DNA from: Lingula anatina
Lineage: Eukaryota > Animalia > Brachiopoda
Reading direction: 5' to 3'
Assembly: GCA_051362555.1 (NCBI GenBank)
Contig: CM120640.1
Coordinates: 40,960,788 to 41,024,787, forward strand
Length of the DNA stretch: 64,000 nt
Shown here: piece by piece, positions 15,701-30,859 of the stretch
How positions within the stretch are numbered: position 1 is the first letter of the stretch
Layout of the letters: every line of letters begins with the position of its first letter
Position numbers and translations under genes: made by a program
The notes under the pieces: model-generated
Seen by the model: the letters and a program-made list of their open reading frames with translations, nothing else
What the model was told of the DNA's origin: nothing
The model's database searches: none

Positions 15701-18700
15701 TATCACTCAGAGGACTTACTTATTTCATTCTCATATTTTGTTTTTGAAATGGTTTTAAATTAGACACAAATATCATGTATGTTTATTTTTATATATATTA
15801 GAATTTTTTTTAATCAGTAATCCAATTTAACAAACAAGCAATGTTTGACTTTTTTTCATTAGCATGATGTGATTGGTTGCGCTCAGCAAGTTGAGATGTT
15901 GGAGTCTCAGTTAGCAGGTCGTATGGAGCAGCTCCAGGCCACTGTCCAGTCCAAGACAGCAGTGCCCACAGCACAGGTCTATGTAAGTACTGGACACAAG
16001 AACTATTCCTACCCATTAACTGTTCAATTTTTTTTCTGTAGTATTTTTAAAATATAATTTACTATTTAGTCAAATATTTTTAAATGATTCAAGTTGCTGT
16101 CCTGTTGATGACAGTGATGGTATTTATTTGGTAGGTTTGGTACATATCCAGGTTTATATATAACTCCCTCAAGCCAGTGTATTCTTACCCATAGAAAGAA
16201 AAATCACTTTTAATTATTATGTTGGTGGGGATAAATGATAATGATAAATAATCTGATGGTTTATGCAGAGAAAATTAGTATAAAAAAATTATATTGCTTC
16301 AGAATTATCTCTGCTATTTCTATATCAAAGTAAGAACAGTGCCATGGGAATATTGTAGAAAGCAAAGTGTGAATCATAAAGTTTAGTGAAATAACAGTTT
16401 AGACACCTAAAAAAGCCACACTCCCCAAGCACTTAAGAAGTATTTTATTGCATTATCCTAGGTTGGCTGTTAGCCACAAAGTCTGTCAAAAACACCTTTG
16501 AAAAGCTTAACCTTTTAAAAACCTTTGTTCATGGAAGTAATCGCCTGTAAATTCTAGTGCTTGTTGGTTCCATTTTGCTTTATCCTCTAGTTGAAAAAAA
16601 TAGTATAGAAACAAATGTCACCCATCCTGTTCAAACTTTTTAACCACTGGCACATGGGATAGACGATCCAAAAGAAAATCCAATTTCCGGACATTTTCAT
16701 GAAACATTAATCGAGGGTGTGGGATTTCTTGGCAACCCCTGAGAATTAGAAAGAACACATACATGAGATTAATTTCAGCTTTTGAAAAAACTAGTCTACT
16801 GTTGGACAGTATATGGACTTGTTTAAGTCATCGATTTATGCAGCCTGTTTTAGGCACCAGTTTTCCAAAATGTAAAATAAGTTAGGCTGTCAATTTTTCG
16901 TGTAGAATAATGTGTACTTTATTCAATTTCACAGACCAGTTAATGGAAATAGTATGTTACTACAAGTATTACAATGTTTATTTAGTAATATACAAAAAAA
17001 ATCTCTCAATATTTATATTGCAGCTTGAAGCATTAGACATCTGTAAAAAAAGATGCTATGTGTTTTTTATTGTGTTATATTAAAATGACAAGTTTTCAAA
17101 ATTATTTTTAAAATTTTTGATAATGATATAGTTAACTAAAATATTTCAAACTAAAAAATATTTAAGTGAGAGACCGGTTTCCTTGTGGCATCTCATAATT
17201 GCAGAATCTAGCTTTCCATTAAGAAAAAACAGAGTGCATGTGTAGCATAGTCTGTTAATTTTTGAAAAATATATATGAACAAAATGCAACATAGGTTAGC
17301 TTGGTAAGCTATAATTCATAGCATTTGGAGAAAAATAAGTAACTACAATTTTCATTGATGTATAGATTTTCATTGCGTATTTTATTTTTAGTGCCCATCA
17401 TTTTAAGAGATTCAATAATTATATTTTCATTATCTAGTTTATCTAGCTAAGAGATTTGATATTTTTCTCATTTCTTCCAGCCCCAGTTTATCCACCTTGC
17501 TCAGCTGTGGAGTGGGTTTCAGGATGAGATGGTGTTACTAAGTGTCCTCAGTAACATTCTGGCTAGTCTGGAGCCTTTCACCAGGGTAGGTGAATAACTG
17601 GGTTTTGAGTAAAAAAACGGCTGATTTATAATTTTAAAAAAGCCATATCTTTAATAGACCCTAACTGAGGAGTCTCAATAGATGCATCTGTGAAGTTATT
17701 TTTAAAAAGCCTTGAAGATCTAAAAATGCATTACATTCCCAAACACATTATCTTACAAAAGCATTTCATATATATTTTTTATTGTTTTTATATTTTTACT
17801 ATTTGTTTATTGTGTATGTTTTGATGATTATGTGCTATCCTTTATTGATGAATCAGAGTAAATACCATAAATCTTTATGTGTTTATAATTTTTTCCCAAC
17901 TATTTACAGGGTCACCGTGAGTTGTTTACAGATGAAGTTTTGGCACCCTTCCTTGAGGGACTTACATTGAAATCTGATGAGCAAAGATTGCAAGAAGTAA
18001 GGACAATATTAGAATGTTTCTGTTTATGGTTTTTATACACCAAAGTCACATGTATTACATTTGGACAAAGATGAATTTCACACTGACAAATTTCAAAATC
18101 AAAACCATGCTGCTTTCACATTTATACATTCATGATTTACATAATTATTAAACATTTTTTAAAATAAATTTAAAAAAAATTAACTTTCACTGTATTTCTC
18201 CCAGTTACTTTATATTATAACATTTTCTAAAAGATACATTTTTTTATTGAAATGTTCTTTTGAATTAGATATTTTGGTTAAGCTAACACAAGCATACATT
18301 AACTGTGTAAAAAGTTTTAATTCAGCATGCTCTGTAAACTTTGAAATCATTTTATACAGGTAGCCCATAGAGTTACAGAAATACTTTTATTTATTTATTT
18401 TTTTCATTCCCTTACATATTTTTTTTTCTCCAATGCAAAAACAATTGATGTAACTAAGCCAAGTGTGAATAGTTTATGGGTCAATCACAGAGTCATTTCA
18501 CCTGGAAGCCATCTTATTACAGTGTATGTCTGTTCCCACCCGTGGTCCATGCAAACCTCCCATCAGCCCTTCAGGCAGCAATAACACAGTGCGGAATCAA
18601 ATAAGATAGGGTCATGTGATTTGTGGTAGATTGAGATAGCACAGGCAGTCACCTGTCAATGACGATGGTATTTTGTCGTGATTGTCAATATTGCTGAGAG

Positions 18701-21700
18701 TGCTGTAATCGTTCTTGTTCCTTGAAATTCCAGTGTCTCGTGATGTTGTGACAAGTACGAAGACAATTTCTTTTTTTTTTTTTTTTTTTTGAAATGATGT
18801 CATCACAACATATGTTCATTTGTTATCTTTCCAGGGTGATGGTTCCTGATTTGCCAGTATGAAGTCATTCAAAGTCTTTGTTTTGTTAGTATTTCTTGAG
18901 GGCAAAGATTCAATAGATGCGCTGGGTCGTACCATCAATATCTGCTTCCTAAAAGATGAAACCACATGATAATTGTACATCTATGATATCTATTATATTT
19001 TTATAAACTTTTCATTTCATAGACTGGTGGGAAGGAGAACCGAGTGAATGTGAATGATATCAATGTCAAGCACTTGGACTGGTTGTTCCCAGAAACCACC
19101 AAGAATTTTCAGAGATTGCCTTTGCAGTACAGGGTAAGAAATACTGCAATGCTGAACAGTGTGCCAGCTATTTCAGTTATTTTAATCTATTTGATAAATA
19201 AGATATTACTGAATCTGGTGATTTTTGAGTGACTTACAATAATTGATAAATTACCAACTTCTTATATTCAAGTATTAAAATATAGTATACCATTCTTATA
19301 AATTCTTCCAACTGCACATTTGCAAAAATATTTTAAGTTGCTGTTTTCATTTATTCATAATTATCTATTTTACATTTCATGTCAAATATGGAAATTATTG
19401 TTATTATAATATCACTCCTCACAACTGATGCAATTTTAAACCCCAAAACAAAAAAACAAAAAAAAAATGCAAAACAGAGAGTAGATCTTTTCCATTCTTT
19501 CACTACCACTATCACATTGGCGCTGACTCAGACATAAAGGTAGACCTGAGTAAAACTGATTGTCCCGTATTTCTCAACATAAACTAAACTTATGTGAGCT
19601 GACACTTGTATAGTGATGGACAAAGCCTGGCAATCTATTTAGACAGAACCAAACAGACCCAATCAATACTGTCCAAGTTCCTTCACCAATAAGGTTAAAT
19701 AAGGTAACTTTGAAGGTGATTGGATTTGTTGTTGTTATTAGGGACGGCTGGCCTTATTTAATCAGGACAGGGTTAGGCCACACTGTGGTTGAGACTTTAT
19801 TAGCAGGCTTTATTATTTGTGCTTGAATAGAACATACTAGTTATTACAAAGTATTAGCAGGCTTTATTATTTGTGCTTGAATAGGACATAACAGTTATTA
19901 GAAAGTTTTTGTTCGGATCTCAAAGCTTGTTTACGTTACAGGCAAAGGTTGTACAAATGATCATGATTGTTTACAACTTAAGGTATTTTTTTCAGTTTTT
20001 CTGGTGCATTCTGTTCCATATTTTTTTCCAAAATCACTACAAAGTTAAAATGGATATATTAAAATGTCACTTGCATATTGCAAAAAAAAAAAAAAAAAGG
20101 AGAGAAAGAGAAAGATTTTGGGCAGTTTCAAAACTGGGCTTAGAAAACAGAATGCTATCTTTTTAAGTATTCTATTAAAACAATAATCATGTGAGACGTG
20201 ATTGAAAATTTTCTCTTTTCTTCAGGGCTATTGTGGATATGCCATAGTGAAGAACGACAGACTTCTTATCCCTTCCAACCCAGACATTGGAGTGCTTCGT
20301 TACAAGGACAACTACTACTCCTTTTCAAGCAAGCAGGCAGCAATGGAATTTGCTCAGAATCCAGACACGTAAGTGCAAAATGCATAAGTGACAAACTTTG
20401 TTAAGCAGTTCAGAAAAAGCTACTGTCAGTAGGCCTGACAATACTAAGCAACCATTTCGTAATTGTAATGCTTAATTTCTTTCATACTACTAAAATGGAG
20501 AACCAAACAGATCTTCTGAAACCTGGAAGATTATTCTCTGAACAAAATGTATTTTTAAAAATGAAAAGAGTATAAGCATATAGGACTAGTTTGGAAATAA
20601 CTAGTTAAGCAATTATTTTACATCAGATCCTGTTTACGCATATTTTTCCATTACAGTCTAAATATAGCATTTAATTTCTCCTTTGATGTATATTGATGCC
20701 TGCACATAGGTAAAGGGGTATCAATTCTGATGAGCTTTTATAAGACATGTTCAAATATGATAGGACAAATCAATGACAATAGACATATAGCTACACCTGA
20801 TGTTATTGTTTCTGGTTAAGTTACTTTTGACCTGGTAAAATAGATTGAATTCAAAAGTCTTGAGGGATGAGATATTTCTTCAAGTTGGATGGTTCGGAAA
20901 TTTTAATTCAGGGAGATTGTTTGAGTGTGATGTGTTGGTGAATAGTAAGAATTTGAATTTGTTAAACAAATGGAATATTTTAAACAAAACAGTGAATACA
21001 CATGTGCATGTGATGGCTACATGCCTTTTAAAATCTCCAGACTGTATCTGAACTTGTAATAAGGCTTTTATTTATGTAAAATTGTGAGCTATATAATATT
21101 TTTTATTAGACAAAATTCAGGTAGGAGAGAAATGTATAACATCACAAATATTACTTGACAAGCATTTGAAAAAGGGATTCTCTAAGACAATGTCAAAAAA
21201 AAAATCATTAATAACATCAACGAAACATTTTTACTGTTTTCTTCAACATCTGTAACTATGGTAATATTTAAACAAAACCAAAGAAAAAAAGGGCATTTAG
21301 GGCCTGCATCTCAGGCAAAGATAATCATTTACTCAGAATATAAAGTTTTCTATTCCAGCCACGTTAGCTTCTGATGCCTATCTGTGCTTGTTTGCAAGTA
21401 TAAATATCAGTATTATTGTTTTTGTTGGGGTGACGATTATCTGTAATACAATTAGACGTTAGAGAGTAGAATAATGAACAATAATTTGCAATTCAGCAAA
21501 CCATTTCTACCTGAAGAATTTACATAACCTTTTTTGCCTAATACTGGAAACAATTAAACTAAAGCAGCCACTGTGGTACCTCTTCTCATTTTTAAATGCC
21601 ATTTTCTTTTTCTACATATTTTGCTAAAAGCAATTGTTTGTGAGTTGTTATCAAGAAAACTTTTTGGGGTACCATCTACAAATTTTTATACCTACCAACC

Positions 21701-24700
21701 ATCTCTTTATTGATATCCAGACTGAAATGTATTCTATTTAGTTACATTTTTAAGACATGTTATTTTAACCTGGTTAAATACAAGTGTATTGTAATGTGCA
21801 TTCCTAGCACTTGTTTCCTTTTCATGACAATTTCATACTTGAAAAGATGTATCATGTCTTTGAAACACAATTTCAATGTGTTAACTTTAAAGAAAAATAG
21901 AAAAAATCAGGAAGGTTGAAGACAACAACGAAAAGCAAAAAAACACTCTTTCAATTTCTGCATAGTAGTTGCATCTTATCACTCATTTGCATTAAAACCT
22001 CACTATGGTTAAATATTTCTAAGGTTATTTCACATTATATTCTGTCACAAAGTAGTTTAGCACTCAAAAGTATCATTTCTTTGAAAATAAAAACCTGTCT
22101 GTTGTTAACTAATTAATGAATTTATTTATTTATTAAGAATTTTTCATTCAAATTTACATTTCATATTTTTAAAACAATTTTTTTTATATTTTTAGTTTGC
22201 TAAAGGAAGCTACAAAATGTTCACTTTAATATCATTATACTTTCCTGTACAGAAGTGTATTCCATGAATTCTTGCTTAAGTTTTTTCTTTATCAATTTAT
22301 CTGAATGCTACCATCAAGTCTGAAAGCAGAACCACTGTTTCCGTACTTGTGTTAAAAAAGTGTTAAAACTTAGCAAATATATAAAGATCGATTTAGTTTA
22401 TTGATGTATGCATGAAACATTTTAGTCATTATCAAGTGAAATATCATTATCATTATCAATAGAAATGAAACAGCTACTGACTTGGCTTGGATAGTACATA
22501 TCTTTAAGGATATCAAATGGACAGTGGCTCCCTTTTACTGATTTTTGGAGCACAGAATATCAGATGGAAAAAATGCCCTTTAAATGACTTTTGGAAAACA
22601 AAGAACATGTTTCTGAATCTATAGCTAGTTGCTAAATGACATTATTGCTGATGAATAGAAGGCAGATGGCATGAGGTCAATATCATATCTGCAGTTTAGG
22701 GTTAGTTTAGCAGACAAATGTGTTTTTATGTTTTGCCATTAAAATGATGGAGTATGCCATAAAGGTCAAGTAAAAAATTTAACTGCAAGATCTTTTTGCT
22801 TTTGACATGTTTCTGCAAGATATTCAGCCTTTCTACTTGAACTCCAATGGAAATGGAATTGTAAGATTTTGAAATAACCTTGAACTGATAAGTTTTAGTG
22901 CTGTTTCCATTGTCATCAGGGTTTTTCTATGATTTTCTTAAAAACATTTTTTCATAAGAGCAGATAAGAAGCCAAAAAGATAATTATCAAAAAAAAAAAA
23001 AAGAAACTTGTTCTGAACATTTAGGCAACCAAAGCATTAAATCTACTTATTTGAATAATATATTTAATTATTAGGAAAGTAATTTTCTTTCTATCAAAAC
23101 TTATATGTTTTAAATTCCTTTAGTTGCATATATATACTACTTTCTACTGCACTTGCATATAGTTTTGAATTTTTTTACTTTTGTTTGCAGATACATAAGG
23201 CTAGTAGCAGAGGCAGCTAAGAGAAGCCCGGAGTTGATCCAGCTCTTAGAACTGCACACACAGTTTGCCTCCATCACTCCATATGCCCAGGTAAGATTTT
23301 GTAAATTATGTCCAACAAGTTTTAAAAAAATCAAAAAAAGATAAAAAAAAAAAAGTTATGACTTTTGAAGTTAATATCACTCTCACTCCATGCATATATT
23401 TCAAGTAAGATAAAAATGTGCATGACTTGTGAATCAGTTATTTGACCTGGTTGAAAGTCCAAGACCGGAAAGGACAAAGACGTACAGAGTTGGTGTCTGG
23501 GGAATAATTCCTAACATTGATCAGGTTTACTTTATTTTTTTTTTTTTCTCTTTCAATCACTGAACATCTTAATAGGCTGTGTTTTCAAACCTTACACAGT
23601 TTGCTTTTCTGAAGTCAAAATCTTTGGAATCTGGAAAAGAGTAGTTGTCATTCCCCTTCAAAAAAGAATGACAGTATTTAAACAAATGTGTTAATTGGGT
23701 AAGATTAATATTTCCCCATAATTACATGTCCCATTACTTTTGCCAGATCAATAGAGCCATCTTTGAAATGGTAATCAGTATAATTTACTAAAGTAATTCT
23801 TTTCCCATATAACTGGAGAACTGAAAAAGAACAGAAAGAGATTCCGAAATGGAATTTTGATCAAAAGGCAAAGGTTAGCACTTCAATATATCAAGAAAAG
23901 AAAGCCTATTGGGACAAAAAACGGTGCCTGGTTTCTGTCCTCAAAATGACCAATTTTACCACCTCCCCCTTGGCTGACCTTAGTGAGGGGGGGCTAGGCA
24001 TTGTGGTGTCTGCAATCCCTTCCCTCATCTCCCTGGCTCTAAGATTTGTTCTGACACCATTAGACAATATGAGCAACTAATGATGTGGAACTAATCTCCT
24101 TTATGTCAAAGAAAATTAGGATGCTCATTCTTTCTACATTTTTAGCATGAAATATGTGCAAGATGATCTGAAATTGACAAAAATCTCGCGATTTTTCTTA
24201 TCTGCTAAATGAAAATTCTCTCGGCTGATTAGATGGTTATGCAGCTCACTAATTTGCTGCAGTCTCTGGTGGGTCTTTAGGATCCTTCCCTCTGAGGAGG
24301 TCAGCACAACTGGTTTATGTCATCTTTAAGATTCCATGATAACTTAATTTATGAGCAGAGAATAGACATAGGCTGCTGAACACAGTGTACATGCAGTTAT
24401 CCTGTGGAAAAAAATGACAAAAACCGACTACTTCATCAGGCTCTCTGTTGGGAGATATAGGTTGGGAAATTTGCTGAGTTTTAATCCTGTTTTTTTTTTT
24501 TTTTTTTTTTAACTGACTGCTTAAAGGACTGTGTTTTTTTAAAAGTGTGATTGAAATGACCACCTCATCACCATACACAGCATTTGATTTCACTAAAAGG
24601 AGTGATATTTTACTATGTTTAGAAAGAAAAAAGAAATCACATTTTTCTTCTTAAAATATCCTTATATCATGGGCATGATAAGATACAGTTTTCTCGCAGG

Positions 24701-26711
24701 AAGATAGGGAGTTATTTTTGAAGCCCTGTATAAAGCTGCACACTATGATAAGCATTTTTTTCTTTTTGGTAACTTCTTCAATTTTTCTGACTCTTATATG
24801 TTGAAAATTATTTACTTTAATTATTTTGTCCTCATGGACAAAAGTGTTGTTTGTTACTCTGAAAAACAAATTGAAAAAGTTACAATGTTGGTTGATAGTG
24901 CGTGGATAATAAATATTTAATAAAAATTATATTCTCCACAAAATCACAGAAGATTTTTCAAAAAAGCATTTCAGCTGATGAATACAGGAAAATCATGAAA
25001 TGTTGGTAGTCTTTAAAGTTGAGATGAAGTCTGTCTTACACAGCTCCAGGTTGATACATTTAAATAGATTAACAACATTTAACAGTATATTTTTATGGAG
25101 TGCCATTTAAAAAAATATAGATTGTCTTTAAATTATATTGTAGCACTTCATTTGTGAAGATAATAAAACTCTTACTCATAAGCAGGCAATGATAGAATAA
25201 AAGTGAGATGCTTATTGAAGTGTAATCATATGTGATATCTGACATTTTGATTCCAGGGCAAAGAACCTGGCTCTATGATAGAGAAGCCTATCACAAAGTG
25301 TGACAGTGGCACCCAGACTGACACCCATATCCTAGAACCCAATATTGCCAAGTCATATGAGTGGAATGAATGGGAACTCAGGAGGAAGGCCATCAAACTA
25401 GTAAGTCACTCAGTCCACTAAGGTGTGAATAGTTTCCAGTGACCTCTGAAACTCATTGTTACAAAGAATAACCAGTCAACCATGCAAATATTAATGCCCA
25501 TGTTCATATCAGGTTTAACTTAATCCAGAAGAAGACCAACTGATGTCACCAGGGCACCAGATGATGTGAGGGCCCAAATTTTGACTTAAAAATCCCCCAT
25601 GCTAAGCAGTCTGGTCATTTGGAGATGGAGGGCTTTAATAGCTGTCAGGTTTCCATTCAAAATGGGGCTTTTTTTTTGGGGGGGGGGGGGGGTATGGTCT
25701 TAGTCCTCCCTCTGAATATGATGAGTTCACCAAAGTCAGGTAATCAAACCTCTGTATTGTCCCACATCATCATTGTAATTGAGGGACATGACATGTTAAT
25801 AGAATGGGCTTTGTCAGGTAAGCTAATTTCAGTCAGCTGACTTGTAAGGATAACCCAATGTGAAGTGAAACATGGTTTTAGTTTTTGTATGAACTTGCTT
25901 GAGACAGACAGAACAGTTCTGTATGTGGAGAGTTATGGTGTGACAGAATCTTGATGAAGACAACAGATGTGTTGTGTGTGTGCACATTTTATCTTTGCAT
26001 TTTTTAATCTATTTATTTACAATTTCATTTATCGAATTAATATATTTTAAATCAATGGATTTATTTATGACTTGACTATTTATGATTAATTTGTTTTTTA
26101 TTTATTTAAAAAAGTATACTTGAATGTATTCTTTCTGTACATTTTCAGGCCAATTTGAGGAATAAGGTCACCCATTCCATACAGACCAACTTGAGCAACT
26201 TCAAGAGGGACAATGTCACACAAGTCTACCTACCAAAGTAAGTTTTTTTTTCTCAATATTCCTCTGTATTTTTTCTTTTAATTTCTGTTCTTTCTGTTTT
26301 AACAGAAACCAACCTTTTTTTCACGTCATTTATGTCATTTGTTAATCATTTGTACTTTAAAAAAATCACAATCACATTTTTGACTTAAAGTTTGAACTGA
26401 ATTAAATATGTAGGACACAAGGCATGAGACATTTAAGATCATCTTATGACTAGTTCAGTCTTTCAACAGTGCACAAGCTAGCTAATGGACCGTTAGATGG
26501 GGACTGTACTCCTATTCTGAAATTGTTGAGCTGTTGTAAAAAATATTTTCTTATCCCTCATTTCAGAGATCAAGTCACACAGACGAAGAGAGACGGTTAC
26601 ACCAATGTTCCCAGACCACAAGTTTTCCTTGCTGGACTCCGTGGCGGTGGGATGAGTGTCCCCACTGATATGACGAAGGTTGACCTGACCATTGATGTAG
26701 ACCAGACATAA
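12745..26711 (+). CDS. CFAP206: Cilia- and flagella-associated protein 206; 16 coding exons: 12745-12852, 13140-13223, 13481-13571, 13892-14080, 14390-14548, 14794-14886, 15208-15320, 15863-15982, 17481-17585, 17910-17996, 19023-19133, 20226-20368, 23191-23290, 25257-25400, 26149-26237, 26567-26711
   Basis: MSRAQAESVIKNIIREI...VSETLVAFMVKAVVLDP...LDTVKMQVYFDMNY...REATAALQSVFPQTEL...IVTGIRLFNKECGKGGEGIDD...KTAVPTAQVYPQF...SPELIQLLEL...TQTDTH...YEWNEWELRRKAIKLANLR match the CFAP206 (C6orf165) family. GT-AG junctions in phase. Confidence 0.94.
14251..14308. repeat. Perfect 29-bp tandem duplication in a CFAP206 intron
   Basis: AAATTATTGCAAATAAGGATTTGTAATCA occurs twice in tandem. Confidence 0.9.
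19798..19905. repeat. Near-perfect 54-bp tandem duplication in a CFAP206 intron
   Basis: TATTAGCAGGCTTTATTATTTGTGCTTGAATAG... starts at 19798 and again at 19852. Confidence 0.9.
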
Positions 26712-29700
26712 GATGTTCACTCCTCTCCAGAGGCACCATTTAAAAATTCAGAACAATTTTCAACTGACAATTAACAAAGCAAATGAATAGTCCATCTCCG
26801 TCCTTGAATAATGCTATATATGTCATAATTTTATTACAGTATCTATAAGTTACAAAATACGTATAAGGCAGATTTTTTTCCAAGCTTCTCCCAGGATCGT
26901 CATCTGCTGAGATTTAAAAAGGTTCATACCTGACATGGCTAATGTTTTGATCTTACAAAAATTGCATCGTTAGATACGCCTTCTCTAAAAAAAAGAAATT
27001 GTTCTATTTACATCTGAAAGCACATACATATATAACGAGACATGTACATAGACTGTGAACATTTATCAATGTGTACTTTTTAATAAAAAAAATGTCCGAT
27101 TCAGCTCAGTATAATAACAAATCTTCATTTCCGTCGCAATTTTCCGATTAGGAAATTTTCAATAATTGCTTGGAATTTTTACATATTTCTATAATCGAAC
27201 TTGTGTAATGCATTCCGCGGAGGCTTGCGGTTGCGTCTTGTCGGCTCTTTGGGATGCTATAACGATTGTTGTTTTGTTTGTTTTAGTGACTATCAATTTT
27301 CTCTGCTATTTGCCTGGAAGCGAACATCCCCACACGTGTTATACAAATCGGAGAGGATGAACTTATTTATTGAAGGGTGATAAGTTGGGCAAATATTCCG
27401 AGAGTTTCATTCTTGGTGCCGTACGCTGAACAAAAAAAATGACGTCCCGGTGCTACAAAGCACAGAAATGATCCCTATTATAATAATGAAACATGTTTAT
27501 TTTATTCTATGCGCTTTAATCCCTATATTTTTATTTTATTAGTAATCCTTTTTAACTTATGTTGCCTAATAATATCAATAGTAAAATAATTAAAATGTAG
27601 ATATATCTTTGCTCTATATAATTCGTTTCTATGGCAACACTTCAAGTCTTGCGTGATGCGCCAGCATGACCCCTCCAGAAATATTAACTTAAGATTCCTA
27701 ATAGAGCATATTTGTCTTCTTAGTTCCCGGACCATTTCATTTTGTGTAATATGTACATTACTTTTTAATATCACTTTTTTAAATTGCTGTCTCTATTGAA
27801 AGGTGCTATGATATAAAGCGTAGAAATAATGGGGCAAGTCAGAATTATACAAATATTGCACAAAATGTGCGCGTCACTGACGTGTCTCAAATGTTCACTT
27901 TTTTTGTAGAGTGACCGTATAACGTGTGATTCAAAAATATTAAGAGAAAGCAAACTAGAAGAAATGACTAGGTTTGAAAACCGAATGAAAATTAACACTC
28001 ATTTTCTCTCGCCAAGAATGCTCTGATAACAGTGGACGAAAAGATAACTTGTAAAGCCGACCGTACTTCGTCATATGTAAAATTTCTGTCTTTCTGTTGA
28101 AATCAGAGCAGATATTTAGAATGATTTTCAATATTAGTATAGGCCACACGCAGCACAAGACCTACCTGTGCCATTGCGGCTAAATTGTAATTTTTTAAAA
28201 CCATATCTGAATTATATCAGGAATTGTAATCACCATTTGTACAATTAGGGCGCAAACGCTGTCGGCCATCTCTGAGCTAATATTTTCGTTTCTATCATGA
28301 CAAGATTAACATGTACTTAAACCTGCCTTTCCCTCAGCAGTTTTCATCAGAGTAACAATACAGGCATAAAAACATTTTTGTATGTATGGGCAAATAACGT
28401 TAAATTTAGTAGTAGACGAAATGTCGCTATGTAACGAACAAAGAAACGGAAAAAATGACTTAAGGCATCTTGAAAGACAGGAAAGAGAGGTGAAAACAGA
28501 AACGACGATCCACATAATCTTTCTAAAAAGTTTACGAATTAATAGATATAGTTCGTTCATTAAGGTCAATTGAAATCGGAAGTATTTATCACTGCAAGTA
28601 CTACAAGAATACTAGCGACTTCAAGCCACTGCGTCAAATGATGCCATCTAGCAACCTGCGTACCGTCGCGTACACGTGATAGTAGAATTTGTAACGATGC
28701 GCGGCGCAAAAAAAACGCAGAACGCACTTTCTTCTTGCCAAGTCCAGCTTACTAACTTAATTAGCGTGATTACTCCTGCCGGTAATGTAATTGTTTGAGA
28801 ATTTTGAAGTAGACCTGGCTAACGCACTTGGCAAATTACTCTCGCAATTCTAAGCACTATCGATCAGAGGAAGCCAAGGCCTCCGTTCAAGCCTAAAGAT
28901 TCCGAGGGTGAACTGAGAGAGAGGGGTTGACCAAAGTCAGGAAGAACGCACTGTACACATATAAGTATGCAACTACCAAAATGGAGGCGATATACAAACA
29001 AAGCGTAGCACAAGAGCCCGAGGAAATTCTCAGTATTTCCCTAATCTAATAAAATAATAATCTCGATTCCATATATGGGTTCTAATTAAGGACATATTAA
29101 GATAATAGTGAAGGTGATGACCATACCACTCACATAAATTCATTGTTGAGAAGTAAACGACGCTTAGGTCCAGTGGACCGAGCATGATTCAATCCGCCGT
29201 GTGATTGAACAATATTTTTGTACTATAAAAATTGAACTGGGCCCTTGCATTCTCTGTATGAATGTTGTCGTGTCAAGCGTCGGGTTGAAATTTGTACTAA
29301 AAAGCTATACTTACTGTTGAATATTTGAATTCAGTAATATTTATGATCAGCTGTATTTTTGAGGAAGGCCACAGTTGAACACTTGTACATAATACGGTCT
29401 ATTACTTTTTTCCTGTGCGTACACACTGTTCTCAAAATTCTCCATTCTCTGCTCTAAAAGCGAAGAGATTGTGTAAATGTTACGTAATAAAAATAAATCT
29501 TTTTTTACCTTTGAAGAACTTATCATGAAATTAAAATAGAATACAGCAGGCGCGCCAAGGACTCTATAAATCAGGCTAAATATATTCAAAGTAGAAATGT
29601 AGAAAACTACATAATCTCATGTAGTAGAGTGTCGAGGAACTTTACTCAGAACTCATAAATCAGCGTATAAGGCAATGATGCCATCGTAATGTAGGAACAA

Positions 29701-30806
29701 CATTCCGTGACATAATTACCAGCTAGCTTAACAAAGCATTCTAGTATAATGGGCTGTAATCCAATTTCTTCTTTTTTTAAGATTTGAAGATTTCATTGAC
29801 AAAAATCCGTTTTTTAAACTACGCGGTGTTTCACAGAAAAAAATTTGGTGCAAAAGAAAAAATATACATGACGCAATGACCACCTGGTAATGAAAGAATG
29901 AAAATTAAACAGATATAGAAGTGTTTCCTACTTACCCCAACTTTCTGAACGATGCTTTTGTTTCTGAAATATATCGATACATCCCCTTGGCATTGCCATA
30001 AATAATGGCAGACGATCGTTCAAATTTAACGAAAACGCGTATTTCCTACAAGTATATTTTAGATATCTGTTACATCTGTTACATCTAACAATCCAAACAA
30101 TCGGCTGAAATCGTCTAACTACTCACTCCTATGTGTCCTTGGCCAACAATACACCTTCTCCCAACCTAACCCGGGGTTTTCAAGAGAATATGAGCACCAA
30201 GCCAATTAAAGAGTAATTCACAGTAGTTAGAATTGCATTTTCCAGAAGGCAAAACTATTCACAATACATAATAACACATATCCCCGAGCTGAAAATTACT
30301 GATAAAGCTTCATAGCTGACGGGAATAAAATATTCTCGATGGGCGCAAATTAACAAAATTAAATGAATTAATTGATTATCACACTAAAGAATTAAACTAA
30401 ATGAGCCTCGTTGAAACGTCTAGCAGACCGTGACTTCCCTGGGCAACAAGACGGAGAGTAAAACATTCAGCTTATCAAACGTTCTTGTAACAAAGAGGCA
30501 TCATGGAAGGTTTTTTATTTTCACTCGGCAGGAATGAAAGACAGAGAAAAGGCCGTGAACTTAAGATACATAAGGCGATAAATAGGTAAATATTATAATA
30601 GGAAAATGGGACTTTATATTCTTTTATATTTTCTCTTTTTTTTCAGACTAAAATGTTATGTAAATCACTGGAGGGAATTCGTCTCTCATTAGACAAAGAT
30701 GGGGCTACTGCACCTTGAGAAATTCTGTCTTTCTTTAACAAATAGTATATGTTGCCAGTGCACTTTTCATCCATACAATAATATTCGCACGTACTTTGAC
30801 GTGCGT

Positions 30807-30810
<4 letters not shown>

Positions 30811-30856
<46 letters not shown>
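30811..30856. repeat. (TC)n microsatellite
   Basis: About 23 perfect TC units. Confidence 0.95.

Positions 30857-30859
<3 letters not shown>

Noticed and set aside
14251-19905. Tandem duplications considered as a CRISPR-like array
   Set aside because: Only two adjacent copies each, no spacers, eukaryotic intron context.
25669-25692. Poly-T joined to poly-G (also at ~34722-34745)
   Set aside because: Low-complexity homopolymer junctions with no shared flanks.
29930-29970. Minus-strand 28-nt micro-exon-like segment (CAG|...|GTAAGT), plus a minus-strand donor near 37585
   Set aside because: Isolated splice-like words are expected by chance; no coherent antisense gene model could be built.
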